Positions 12,150-21,900 of a stretch of 64,000 nucleotides of DNA are shown one piece after another. Every line of letters starts with the position of its first letter. The first letter of the stretch is position 1. The stretch covers positions 186,001 to 250,000 of the IMG/VR virus record IMGVR_UViG_3300023174_000033. One strand, 5' to 3'. The position numbers and the translations under genes were made by a program. Below the pieces are notes generated by a model. That model did not search any database and was not told the DNA's origin. It saw nothing but the letters and a program-made list of their open reading frames with translations.

Positions 12150-14423
12150 ATGTTTAGTAGACTTTCTAATTTTTCCGGACCTCTTAGTCGTTTTTCTAGT
12201 GGGGGTTTAGGGGAGGCGCAACCAAATCTATTATTAAGTTTAGATTCATTCAACTATGATTTATATGGCAAATCATTTACTTTTGATCCAGTTAATAACT
12301 ATGGTGTAACTTTTAGTTCCAATACAGTAACAGCATTAATTTCTGAAGGATGGAATCCATATGCTCGTTCAGTCCAATCATATAATGGACCTGTTAAATT
12401 AAAATTTCAAAGGGGTTCAGTTTCTGGACCATTGATGTGTGGTTTATCTAATTTAAGCGAGGTTGTGACTTACACTAACGTAAATTTTGGGTTTTATATA
12501 CAAACTGATAATTTGGTAACAATAGTTGAAAATCAAAGTAATTTATCAAATGTTGTGCCTTTTTTTCAAATATATGAAATATCTGGAACATTTTCATCAT
12601 CTACTATTTATAGTATTATTTTTGATGGGATAAGGGTTAGGTATTATATTGATGATGTTTTAGTGTATACATCATATTCTAGTCCAATGGTTACTCCTTT
12701 ATACTTATTTGTAACATTTTTAAATACTGCTGGGTTAGGTTTGACTAATATTGAATTTGGTTCATTTTCTCCTGTTTGGAATGACACATCTGGTAATGAT
12801 AGAAACTTTACTCTTGTGGGCGCACCAAGATATGCGAATAATTCTTTTAAATTTGATAGTGATTCAAGTCAATATGCAACAGGTAGTGATCTTGGAACAT
12901 TAAATCAATTCACTGTTGATACTTGGTTTAAGTTAAATTCATTACCAGCAACTGAATTTAATATACCACAAATTGTAACCGATATTTATGAAGCTGGTGG
13001 CAATTTAAACTTTTCATTGGGCTTTCAAACCGATTTCAAAATATTTGGCGGTTTCTTTATCTTCCCAATTTGGTATTATACGGATGGGTTTACACCAGAA
13101 ATTGATACTTGGTATAATGTTACTTTAACATATGATCAAGAACATCTGAATTTATATTTAAATGGTAATATTTATTCTTCTACTAGTTATGCTCTACAAG
13201 TATCTTCAGGTGGATTGGGTATTAACATAGGAAAACGATTTGATTTATCAGAATTTATAGATGGTCAGATTGATGTTGTTAAGATATGGGATGGATCATT
13301 AACATCAACTCAAATTTTAAATAACTATAATAGTATCAATACAAGATATATCTCTGCCACTACTAGCATAGTATTAAATGGTAGTTCCGCCATTGAAGTT
13401 CCTAGAGGTAACGATTTAGCATTAGGTACTAGTTATACTATAGAATTTTGGAGTAAAGCTGCAACTATGAGTACCCCTGGTCGAATTTTCACTGTTATGG
13501 CTCAAAGAGATGGTGATTCCAATATAGATATATTCTACCAATCTGGTAATTTAATTATCAGAAATGGTCAGAATGTAACTGCTGAACCAACTCCTGGTGT
13601 TTGGACACACGTTGCTATAGTATCAAACAATACCACTCTATCAGTATATTACAATGGTGTTGCTCAATCTGTTTCTGGTAATGGTGGCAATCTACAAGAT
13701 AATAGATTTCCTTTAGCAATTGGTTCTAGAGGACCTTACAATAATTTCCAATATTTTAATGGTTCTTTATATGGTATAAGAATAAATAATACTGTAGTTT
13801 ATACAACAGATTTCAACCCATATGAAGTTGCCCTACCACCAGCTAATATTCCTGGCACAGTTCTATTAATTAATGAATATCAAGTTTCCACTGGTAACTT
13901 TATAGATTCAACTTATAATAAATCTTTAGTTAATAAGGGTGCCACACATTCTACAGATGTGCCAGAAATACCTCAGTATCGATATCTCAGATGGGTAATG
14001 ACTCAAACAAGAGGTGCTGATTTTTTAGCGGGTGCAATACAAGTTGCTAGTTTGGTTTTATTATACCAGGGAGCTACAGTTAGTTGGGGTCCATCCGCAA
14101 GTGCTAGTAACCCGGATGGAACTACATTCCCTAATGAAACACCAATAAAGATTTTAGATTCTAATATATATACAAAATGGTGTAATACAATTTTTGGAAC
14201 TACAAGTTTTGGAACAGCAAGTATCTACATAGATAATGTTAATCCATTAAGATTTGACTCTTATTATTATGTGACTGCTAATGATGAAGAAATAAGAGAT
14301 CCTGTCAGTTGGACCTTAGCTGTTTCAAATGATAATTCTACTTGGTCAATACTAGATACTCGGTCAAATGTTGGTATAACTTATAGTAGACAAGCAAACA
14401 CACAGATATTTAATATATCTTAG
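12150..14423 (+). CDS. Fibre/receptor-binding protein with concanavalin A/LamG-like lectin domains
   Basis: Two LamG-like signatures (FTVDTWFK...WYNVTLTYD...LYLNG...IG...FIDGQIDVVKIW and YTIEFW...WTHVAIV...YYNG) plus a C-terminal F5/8-like segment (DPVSWTLAVSND..TW..LD). Confidence 0.75.
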   Translation: MFSRLSNFSGPLSRFSSGGLGEAQPNLLLSLDSFNYDLYGKSFTFDPVNNYGVTFSSNTVTALISEGWNPYARSVQSYNGPVKLKFQRGSVSGPLMCGLSNLSEVVTYTNVNFGFYIQTDNLVTIVENQSNLSNVVPFFQIYEISGTFSSSTIYSIIFDGIRVRYYIDDVLVYTSYSSPMVTPLYLFVTFLNTAGLGLTNIEFGSFSPVWNDTSGNDRNFTLVGAPRYANNSFKFDSDSSQYATGSDLGTLNQFTVDTWFKLNSLPATEFNIPQIVTDIYEAGGNLNFSLGFQTDFKIFGGFFIFPIWYYTDGFTPEIDTWYNVTLTYDQEHLNLYLNGNIYSSTSYALQVSSGGLGINIGKRFDLSEFIDGQIDVVKIWDGSLTSTQILNNYNSINTRYISATTSIVLNGSSAIEVPRGNDLALGTSYTIEFWSKAATMSTPGRIFTVMAQRDGDSNIDIFYQSGNLIIRNGQNVTAEPTPGVWTHVAIVSNNTTLSVYYNGVAQSVSGNGGNLQDNRFPLAIGSRGPYNNFQYFNGSLYGIRINNTVVYTTDFNPYEVALPPANIPGTVLLINEYQVSTGNFIDSTYNKSLVNKGATHSTDVPEIPQYRYLRWVMTQTRGADFLAGAIQVASLVLLYQGATVSWGPSASASNPDGTTFPNETPIKILDSNIYTKWCNTIFGTTSFGTASIYIDNVNPLRFDSYYYVTANDEEIRDPVSWTLAVSNDNSTWSILDTRSNVGITYSRQANTQIFNIS

Positions 14424-14496
14424 TATTATTTTTACCCATTTTTAGAAAAAAACATATTGTTAAAAGTAATATATAAAACAAAAAAATAATATAATC

Positions 14497-14730
14497 ATGG
14501 AAATTACATTAAATTCGCCTAAAAAAATTGTTCTCCAAGAAGAGAAAAGCAAAAATATCACCAAATTGACTGTATCTAGAGTTGTTGATTTACCAAAGCA
14601 GAAAGTAGTAAGATGTTTCATCGAAGAATTGGAAGAGCCAGTTGTTCTTTGGGAAGGTGCTGCTTATGATGCTGCTGGACAGTGGACTGATGCTGATGTT
14701 GAAGCTAGATTAGCTGCTTTATACGCTTAA
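14497..14730 (+). CDS. Small hypothetical protein (fibre-associated)
   Basis: 77-aa ORF with its own AATATATA at 14468..14475. Confidence 0.55.
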   Translation: MEITLNSPKKIVLQEEKSKNITKLTVSRVVDLPKQKVVRCFIEELEEPVVLWEGAAYDAAGQWTDADVEARLAALYA

Positions 14731-14781
14731 TATTAAACTTCTATACCACTTTTCAATATCATAAAGAAAAGAATAATTTAA

Positions 14782-15657
14782 ATGTATTCAATCTTTCACT
14801 GTGAGGGTGGTATAGGCAAAAATATTTTAGCTACTGCAGTCGTATCATCACTCAAAAGCTCAGATCCTGACAGACAAATTATAGTTGTTTCTGCTTGGCC
14901 ACAAGTTTGGTTTAATAATCCTGATGTCCATCAGATTTACCCAATGGGTCAAGTTGCAAACTTCTATAAAAATTACGTAAAGGACAAAGATACTAAAGTC
15001 TATCGTCTTGAACCATACCACACAGAGGATTATATCCTCAACAAGAAACACTTAATTAAAATTTGGTGTGATTTACTTGGAGTGGATTGGAATGGTTCAG
15101 GACCTAGACTTTATTTTTCGCCCCTAGAACTAGAGTATATAAAAATAAAAATGCTGAATGGTGTTACTAAACCAATATTTTTATTACACACAAACGGTGG
15201 CGGTGGTCAAGGTCGACCATATTCTTGGTACAGGGATTTGCCAACACCAAATGCTTTAGATGTAGTTGAACACTTTAAAAGTGATTACCATATCTATCAC
15301 ATTGGTTATGAGGGTCAGCAAGTCTTAAATGGTTGCCATAAACTAACATTAGAAACAAGGGAAATATTAGCAGCTATCAATTTTTCACAAAAAAGACTTT
15401 TAATTGATTCATTCTCCCAACATGCCTCAGCAGCATTTGATTTAAAATCTGTTGTTTGTTGGGTTGGTAATGATTCATCAGTTCTTGGATATAATACAAA
15501 CGTGAATATCAAACCAAATATTGAACCTAAGTTTGATACATTACATTCATCTTATCTTGATGATTTTGATATTGGTGGTAATCCAGTTCAATTTCCTTAT
15601 GATAAATTAAGACTATTCGACTCAAATGAACTAATAAAAGAACTAAATAATTTATGA
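14782..15657 (+). CDS. GT-B glycosyltransferase, GT9/heptosyltransferase-like
   Basis: N-terminal GGIGK..(S)LK...PD..IIV...P..FNNP pattern, R(D)LP motif, and C-terminal IDSFSQHASAAF matching the GT9 DS..MHLAAA motif. Confidence 0.65.
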   Translation: MYSIFHCEGGIGKNILATAVVSSLKSSDPDRQIIVVSAWPQVWFNNPDVHQIYPMGQVANFYKNYVKDKDTKVYRLEPYHTEDYILNKKHLIKIWCDLLGVDWNGSGPRLYFSPLELEYIKIKMLNGVTKPIFLLHTNGGGGQGRPYSWYRDLPTPNALDVVEHFKSDYHIYHIGYEGQQVLNGCHKLTLETREILAAINFSQKRLLIDSFSQHASAAFDLKSVVCWVGNDSSVLGYNTNVNIKPNIEPKFDTLHSSYLDDFDIGGNPVQFPYDKLRLFDSNELIKELNNL

Positions 15658-16472
15658 GAAAAATCCATTACATATCTGGATTGCCAAGAAGTGGTTCAAC
15701 CCTTCTAACAAATATCCTTCTCCAAAACCCAAAAATCCAAACAACGGCAACTTCTTCTTTATTGGAGTTCATGTTGCAGGTCAGGGACAATTGGACAAAA
15801 CTAGAAGGACATACAGCACATCCAGATGGTCAAGATAAGTGGGCTGTTATTAAAAGTATTATGCAAACTTATCACAAAACAGATAAGGAAATTATTATTG
15901 ATAAAAACAGAGGATGGTCAAACCATATTGAGTTTGTTGAAAAGGTTACTGGTGAACCAGCGAGGATAATTGCTTGTGTTAGAAATCTTGAAGAAGTATG
16001 TGCTTCATTTGAAAAACTTTATAGGAAAAATAGAGCTAGTGGTGAAATTCATGGTGAGTTCTCAAACCCTAAAATGAAAACAATTGATGGTCGTGTATCT
16101 GTATGGACTTCTGACGAAGGCGTACTCGGTAGACCTTATGTATCTTTATTGGATACTGTTCAGAGAGGACTTGGTGATAGAATTTTATTCTTCCCATATG
16201 AGGAGTGGACAAATCAACCAAACAAATGGTTTAAAGCTCTTTATGATTTCCTTGGTGAAGAATATTATCAACATGACTTTGATAACATCGAACAAACTAT
16301 TAGGGAAAACGATGCTGGGTATGGTTGGGGATCTGATCTACATGAAATTAAAACTGGTAAGTTAAGACCAGCTGCATCTGAAGCTATTCAAGTAATTGGT
16401 AGAGATTGGTCTACAAAACTCCACAACACCGAGTTTTGGAAAAAGAAGAACGAAAAAAAGAGTATCATTTGA
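15654..16472 (+). CDS. PAPS-dependent sulfotransferase
   Basis: 5'-PSB loop SGLPRSGSTLL, DKNR, 3'-PB motif IACVRNLEEVCASF, YEE...P...LYDFLG. Overlaps the upstream GT (ATGA). Confidence 0.85.
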   Translation: MRKIHYISGLPRSGSTLLTNILLQNPKIQTTATSSLLEFMLQVRDNWTKLEGHTAHPDGQDKWAVIKSIMQTYHKTDKEIIIDKNRGWSNHIEFVEKVTGEPARIIACVRNLEEVCASFEKLYRKNRASGEIHGEFSNPKMKTIDGRVSVWTSDEGVLGRPYVSLLDTVQRGLGDRILFFPYEEWTNQPNKWFKALYDFLGEEYYQHDFDNIEQTIRENDAGYGWGSDLHEIKTGKLRPAASEAIQVIGRDWSTKLHNTEFWKKKNEKKSII

Positions 16473-16484
16473 TACTCTTTTTTT
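16453..16484. terminator. Bidirectional intrinsic terminator
   Basis: aaaaaaagagtatc-attt-gatactcttttttt between convergent genes. Confidence 0.8.
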
Positions 16485-16924
16485 TATCTACCAAGTTTAC
16501 CAAACTTAAACCACAATCTCTCATGGAAGAAATATAGTATCATTTTGGTTAGGACTTCTGTACCACCAATGGCCATTCCGATTTTCCAATCACCAGTGAT
16601 TAGCGCACTTAATATCATAGTATCAATAGTCCCAACGATTCTCCAAGTTATAGTTTTAGCTAGGTGTCTAGCTACAAAGTTATCAGGCTTCTTATAATCT
16701 ATATGAGCTACCCCATCTTTAATTGTCAGTACTCCTTTACAGGTAACATGCCATTTTTCACCAACACCTTCAATATAATCTTTGGTTGTTTTGGTCTCAG
16801 CATTGATAATAATATCAGATACTTGGATTTCTTCACCATCACGAAGTAATCTCCATCTGTTAGAATCATCAGTAGATACTGTGTTGTACCTAATTTGAAA
16901 TACTTGTTCTTTATTAGAGTTCAT
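16484..16924 (-). CDS. DUF2061-type membrane protein fused to an unknown N-terminal domain
   Basis: C-terminal RHLAKTITWRIVGTIDT...E..TK..LYFFHERLW is the DUF2061 pattern. Start moved to MNSNKEQ (16924) because the ORF-track start lies in the promoter region. Confidence 0.7.
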   Translation of the reverse strand: MNSNKEQVFQIRYNTVSTDDSNRWRLLRDGEEIQVSDIIINAETKTTKDYIEGVGEKWHVTCKGVLTIKDGVAHIDYKKPDNFVARHLAKTITWRIVGTIDTMILSALITGDWKIGMAIGGTEVLTKMILYFFHERLWFKFGKLGR

Positions 16925-16942
16925 AATTAATATATAAATCAT

Positions 16943-17827
16943 ATGAATAATGTTGTAATTTATTGTATAAAAAATATATTAACAGAAAAAGTTTACATTG
17001 GATCAGCGATTGATTACAAATCAAGATGGAGAAATCACAAGAACCAATTGAAGAATAATTTCCACCATAATATCAAATTACAAAATTCTTGGAATTTATA
17101 TGGTGATAATTCTTTTCTATTTGAAATATTAGAATATGTTGAAGATAAAAATATATTGATAGAAAGAGAACAATACTATTTAAACACAATATTATTTGCT
17201 TCAGAAAATGATGATAGATTTGATAAGTTGGGATATAATATATTGCGAGAAGCTGGAAATTCTATGGGTTATAGACATAGTACTGAAACTATTCTAAAAT
17301 TAAAAGGTGAAAATAATCCAATGTTTGGTAAATCTGTTTGGATTGGTAGGAACCACACTGAAGAATCAAAGGAATTAATATCTTTATCAAAGAAAGGTAA
17401 GTTAATAAAAAGTGATAACCACTTTTATAATAAAAATCATACTGATGAATCTAAAATAAAAATGTCCTTTAGTAGTAAAAGATTGTCTGGTTCTGATAAT
17501 CCAAATTTTGGTAAAGAATCCAAAAACAGAAAAATAGTAATACAACTTGATAAAAGTGGAAAAATAATAAAAGAGTGGTCACATGCTGGAGAAGCATCCA
17601 AAGCTTTGAGTATAAACTCACAGAATATAGGAGCTTGTTGTTTGGGTAAACAAAAAACTTATAAAGGTTTTATGTGGCAATATAAAATTGAAAAAGTAAA
17701 GAGTGACTCTGAAATCCAATTAGAAATTATATCATTGTATAACGAGACAAATATTACACAAAGAGAGATTTGTAAATTATACAAAATGTCTCCAAATAAA
17801 GTATCAAAACTATTAAAGACAACTTAA
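16943..17827 (+). mobile_element. Free-standing GIY-YIG homing endonuclease with NUMOD3/NUMOD1-like DNA-binding motifs
   Basis: VIYCIKN...KVYIGSA...RW..H...L...H.N..LQ.SW..YG...E..REQYYL...GYN, repeated H(T/S)xE(S/T)K..(I/M)S and NPMFGK motifs, and a C-terminal A.K.L.I....I..CC.GK.KTYKGF.W segment. Inserted antisense within the cysC operon. Confidence 0.85.
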
Positions 17828-17843
17828 GTTGTCTTTAATAGTT
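17808..17843. repeat. Perfect 36-bp palindrome at a convergent gene junction
   Basis: aactattaaagacaacttaagttgtctttaatagtt. Both flanking ORFs end in LLKTT* and share the central TTAA. Confidence 0.9.
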
Positions 17844-18243
17844 CTACTAAACTCTCATGTATTGATTCACTAACAAATTCTTTCCAAGAATCGTCATCAT
17901 TTCTAATTTTATACCTAATTTCCGTGGCTGAAATATTCGCAATATTTGAATCAACAATTATTTCTTCGACTCGATATCCCACGCCCCTTCCGTAATTAAC
18001 AGACGCAATATCTGGTATGATAATTATCTTAACCAATCCCCTTTCTATTTCATTTCCATATACTTTTTCCCAAAGTGATTTAACTTCTTCTGGTGTGAAT
18101 GGGTTTTTTTCATCTGTTGGTACATCTCGTATCATTATTAATACGGGTTCATTAATGTCCAAAAATTTAGAAAAAATTGTTTGATGTCCTTTGTGTGGAG
18201 TTTGGTACCTTCCTATAAATGCGTTGTATGGTTTTGTGTTCAT
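17824..18243 (-). CDS. HIGH/HxGH-family nucleotidylyltransferase (cytidylyltransferase-like); candidate minimal ATP sulfurylase
   Basis: FIGRYQTPHKGH, NPF, YGRGVGY and ISATEIR motifs. Overlaps the cysC stop codon. Confidence 0.7.
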   Translation of the reverse strand: MNTKPYNAFIGRYQTPHKGHQTIFSKFLDINEPVLIMIRDVPTDEKNPFTPEEVKSLWEKVYGNEIERGLVKIIIIPDIASVNYGRGVGYRVEEIIVDSNIANISATEIRYKIRNDDDSWKEFVSESIHESLVELLKTT

Positions 18244-18827
18244 TTTATATAATTTTTATTTTTTAGATATTGTATTAAAAAATCAACATTCTTTTCAATA
18301 TCTTCTTCTACATTATTTTCCAAATGGATAGCATTTTTTGGAATCTCAAATGGTGATGAAATACCCGTGAAATCTTTAATCTCACCAGCTCTTGCTTTTT
18401 TGTACAAACTTTTTGGATCTCTTGTCTCACAAGTCTCAAGTGATGCATCCACAAAAACCTCTGCAAATCTTTCACCAATAATTTCTTTTGATAATTGTCT
18501 ATTTGATTCAAAGGGTGAAATAAAAGAACAAATAACAATAAGTCCAGCATCATTCATAAGTTTACAAACTTCGGCGACTCTTCTTAGGTTTTCAATTCTA
18601 TCTTCATCTGAAAATCCAAGGTTTTTATTCAAACCAAGTCTTGTGTTATCACCATCCATTATGTAAGTGTGGTGACCCATTTCAAAGAGTTTTGATTCGA
18701 GTACATTTGCAATTGTGGATTTTCCAGAGCCAGAAAGGCCAGACATCCATATAGTGCAGGATTTTTGATTTTTCAAAGTTTCTCTGTCTACTTTGGATAC
18801 TTTGAAATCGTGCTTAGTTATATTCAT
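18240..18827 (-). CDS. cysC: Adenylyl-sulfate (APS) kinase
   Basis: IWMSGLSGSGKST P-loop, DGDN.R.GL..NLGFS.EDR.EN.RRVAEV, FISP, RDPK.LYKKARAGEIK.FTGISSPFE.P. Confidence 0.95.
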   Translation of the reverse strand: MNITKHDFKVSKVDRETLKNQKSCTIWMSGLSGSGKSTIANVLESKLFEMGHHTYIMDGDNTRLGLNKNLGFSDEDRIENLRRVAEVCKLMNDAGLIVICSFISPFESNRQLSKEIIGERFAEVFVDASLETCETRDPKSLYKKARAGEIKDFTGISSPFEIPKNAIHLENNVEEDIEKNVDFLIQYLKNKNYIK

Positions 18828-18914
18828 ACATAAAAGTATATTTAATTTGAATTTTTTGTTTAAAAATAAATTGGAGTTTTAATATATACGATAATAAAAC
18901 TATACTCATAAAAT

Positions 18915-21900
18915 ATGTCAACTTACAGTTTAACCCTTAGACAAGATGTGGGAAGGAAATTAACGATTCAAGAACTGGATCATAACTTTCTATATCTTGA
19001 AGATCTCACATCAGAAGGTGGTGGTTCAGTAAATTTACCAAAAGGATATGTGGTCATTGGTGGTGGTCTGACAGGATCAGCAACTGGATCAGAATCGTTC
19101 ACATTTGATAGTACAAAACAAAATATAATAGTTGGTTATAGCTCCAATATTACTGGAACTACATCGTATTCATCTATCGTGGGTGGTACGGATAACACAA
19201 TAGATTTATCTTCTAAATCTGGTATATTTTCTGGTGTTAGTGCTAAAATTTGTAATAATTCAGAAAGGTCTGTAATTATTGGTGGTTCACAAGATAAGAT
19301 TTTAGATTATTCTTGTAGGTCAACTGTTATTGGCGGTTTTAGAAACTGTATTACTGATTTTTCTTGTAATTCTTCTGTAATGGCTGGATGTTGTAATAAA
19401 GTTCAATGTAATTCTTGTAATTCATCTATTATGGGTGGATGTTGCAATACAATTTGTGATAATTCTTGTGCTTCAAGTATAGTAGGGGGATATAGAAACA
19501 CCATCTGTTACGAATCTGATTATTCATCAGTAATTGGTGGGTGTTGTAATAGAATCTGTGATTACTCTGACCACTCAGGTATATTCTCAGGTGGTTGGAA
19601 TAAGATACAATATTCTGACAAATCAGTTGTATTAGGTGGTAATAACAACCACATATGTATTTATTCTGATAGGTCTGGTGTTTTAGCTGGACGATGTAAT
19701 CAAATCATTGGTTTTTCTAATTATTCAACAATTGTGGGTGGATGTTGTAATGGAATAGCTTACTATTCTTGTTCATCAACCATCACTGGTGGTAGTTGTA
19801 ATTTTATTGTTGGTAGAATTGGTGGTCCATCTGCATCTTGTTATGGATCTTGTGATTCATCAATAATTGGTGGGTGTTGTAACCATATTTATGACCAATC
19901 TATGGCTTCTTCAATATTGGGTGGATGTTGTAATTCAATTACTTGTCAAACTTGTAATTCAAGTGTGTTAGGTGGTATATGTAACACAATTACTTGCCAA
20001 AGTTGTAACTCATCAGTTATTGGTGGGTGTTGTAATACTATTTACTATTCAAGTCAATCCACAATAGTTGGTGGTCAATGTAACCAAATCTGTGGATATT
20101 GGGATAGTAATTGTGAACCTAATTATAATTCAATCATTGGTGGTTGTAGAAACTGTATAGTTACTTCTGACTACGCTTCTATTATTGGTGGATATTGTAA
20201 TTGTATAATGGGATATGATGGTGATTACTCATCTATCATTGGTGGTGGTTATAATACCATTTGTTATAACTCACAACATTCTTCTATAGTTGGTGGGCAT
20301 TATAATACAATTTATACTTCTAACTTCTCATCTGTGATTGGTGGATGTTGTAACTGGATTTGTGACTATAGTTGCAGCTCAATAATTGCAGGTGGCCACT
20401 ATAACTACATTTTTAATTCTTGTTGTTCAGCAATGGTTGGTGGATATGAAAGTTGTATCTGTGACGAATCTTGTCTTTCAACTGTTATTGGGGGTTCTAG
20501 AAACTGTGTTATTGACAATTCTTGTGGATCATCTATTTTAGGCGGTAATTGTAATAGAATCTGCTGTTCTAATAATTCTGTAATTATTGGTGGTTCAAAC
20601 TTAACATTAGCTACTCAAAGTAACACAGTTTTAGTTCCCTATCTAAAAATTAATAATTTAGATCAGTGTAACGCTAATACGAAAATCCTAGTCGTTGATA
20701 GTCAAGGTAATGTAAATTACAGAACTGCTGAGTCTTTAGGTGGTGGTGCTTCTCTATATGGAATTAATAATATTTTGACTGATACTACATTTTCAAACAT
20801 ATTGGGTGGTAATGCAAATAGAATAACCTGTGTTTTTTCATCTTCAATATTAGGTGGTTATCAGAACTCTATTTGTTGTTATTCTGATAATTCAACAATA
20901 GTTGGTGGTTCTGCTAACCTAATCAGTGAAAATTCTGATTCTTCAACAATAGTTGGTGGTTATGAGAATTCTATTTGTTGTTTTTCATCCTATTCTTCAG
21001 TAATAGGTGGAGCCAATAACAGAATATGTGATAATTCTTGTCAATCAAGTATAGTAGGTGGTGGTTGTAATGTGATTTATTTTGATTCAGGGTATTCATC
21101 TGTGATTGGTGGGTGTTGTAATAGAATCTGTGATAATTCTTGTAATTCTGGTATATTCTCAGGTGGTTGGAATAAGATACAATATTCTAGTAAATCAGTT
21201 GTATTAGGTGGTAATAATAACCACATATGTTACTATTCAGATAGGTCTGGTATATTAGCTGGTCGTTGTAATCAAATTAAAGATTATTCTTATTATGCAT
21301 CAATCGTTGGTGGTAGATGTAATAAAATTTGTGGAAAGGAATGTCTTTGTGACCCAGGGTTCTTGTATGGTTCCTGTGAATCTACTATAATTGGTGGATG
21401 TTGTAACAGTATTTGCGATACATCTTTTAGGTCATCTATCTTAGGAGGGTCTTGTAACACAATCACTTGTCAAAGTTGTAATTCCACTATTATGGGTGGT
21501 TATGAAAATGATATTAAAGAAAGGTCTAAAAATAGTACCATAATTGGTGGTGGATGTAACACAATTGGTGTTTGTTACACAAATCCAGTTTGTAATTCAG
21601 CTATTATATCTAGTTATGGAAGCTGTATAGAAAACTATACTTGTAATTCAACTATACTAGGTGGTGCTAATAATAAAATTTCTGGTGACTATGTAGTTGG
21701 CCCAACTGGAGATAGATCTAATGGTGATACTGTAATAGGTGGATATCGTAATACAATATGTTATAATTCATGTTACTCATCAATTGTTGGTGGTAGATGT
21801 AACCTAATCTGTGATAATTCTGATTCTTCTTCAATTGTTGGTGGATGTTGTAATAGAGTTTATTGTTCTGATAATTCAACAATCACTGGTGGTTGTTTCA

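Noticed and set aside
16943-17827. Group I intron around the GIY-YIG gene
   Set aside because: The flanking genes are complete, the ORF is antisense to them, and there is no non-coding space for an intron core.
18240-18827. cysC as evidence of assimilatory sulfate reduction feeding the Cys-rich fibre
   Set aside because: No PAPS/APS reductase, sulfite reductase or cysteine synthase is in the window, while a PAPS-consuming sulfotransferase is adjacent. It cannot be excluded for the rest of the genome.
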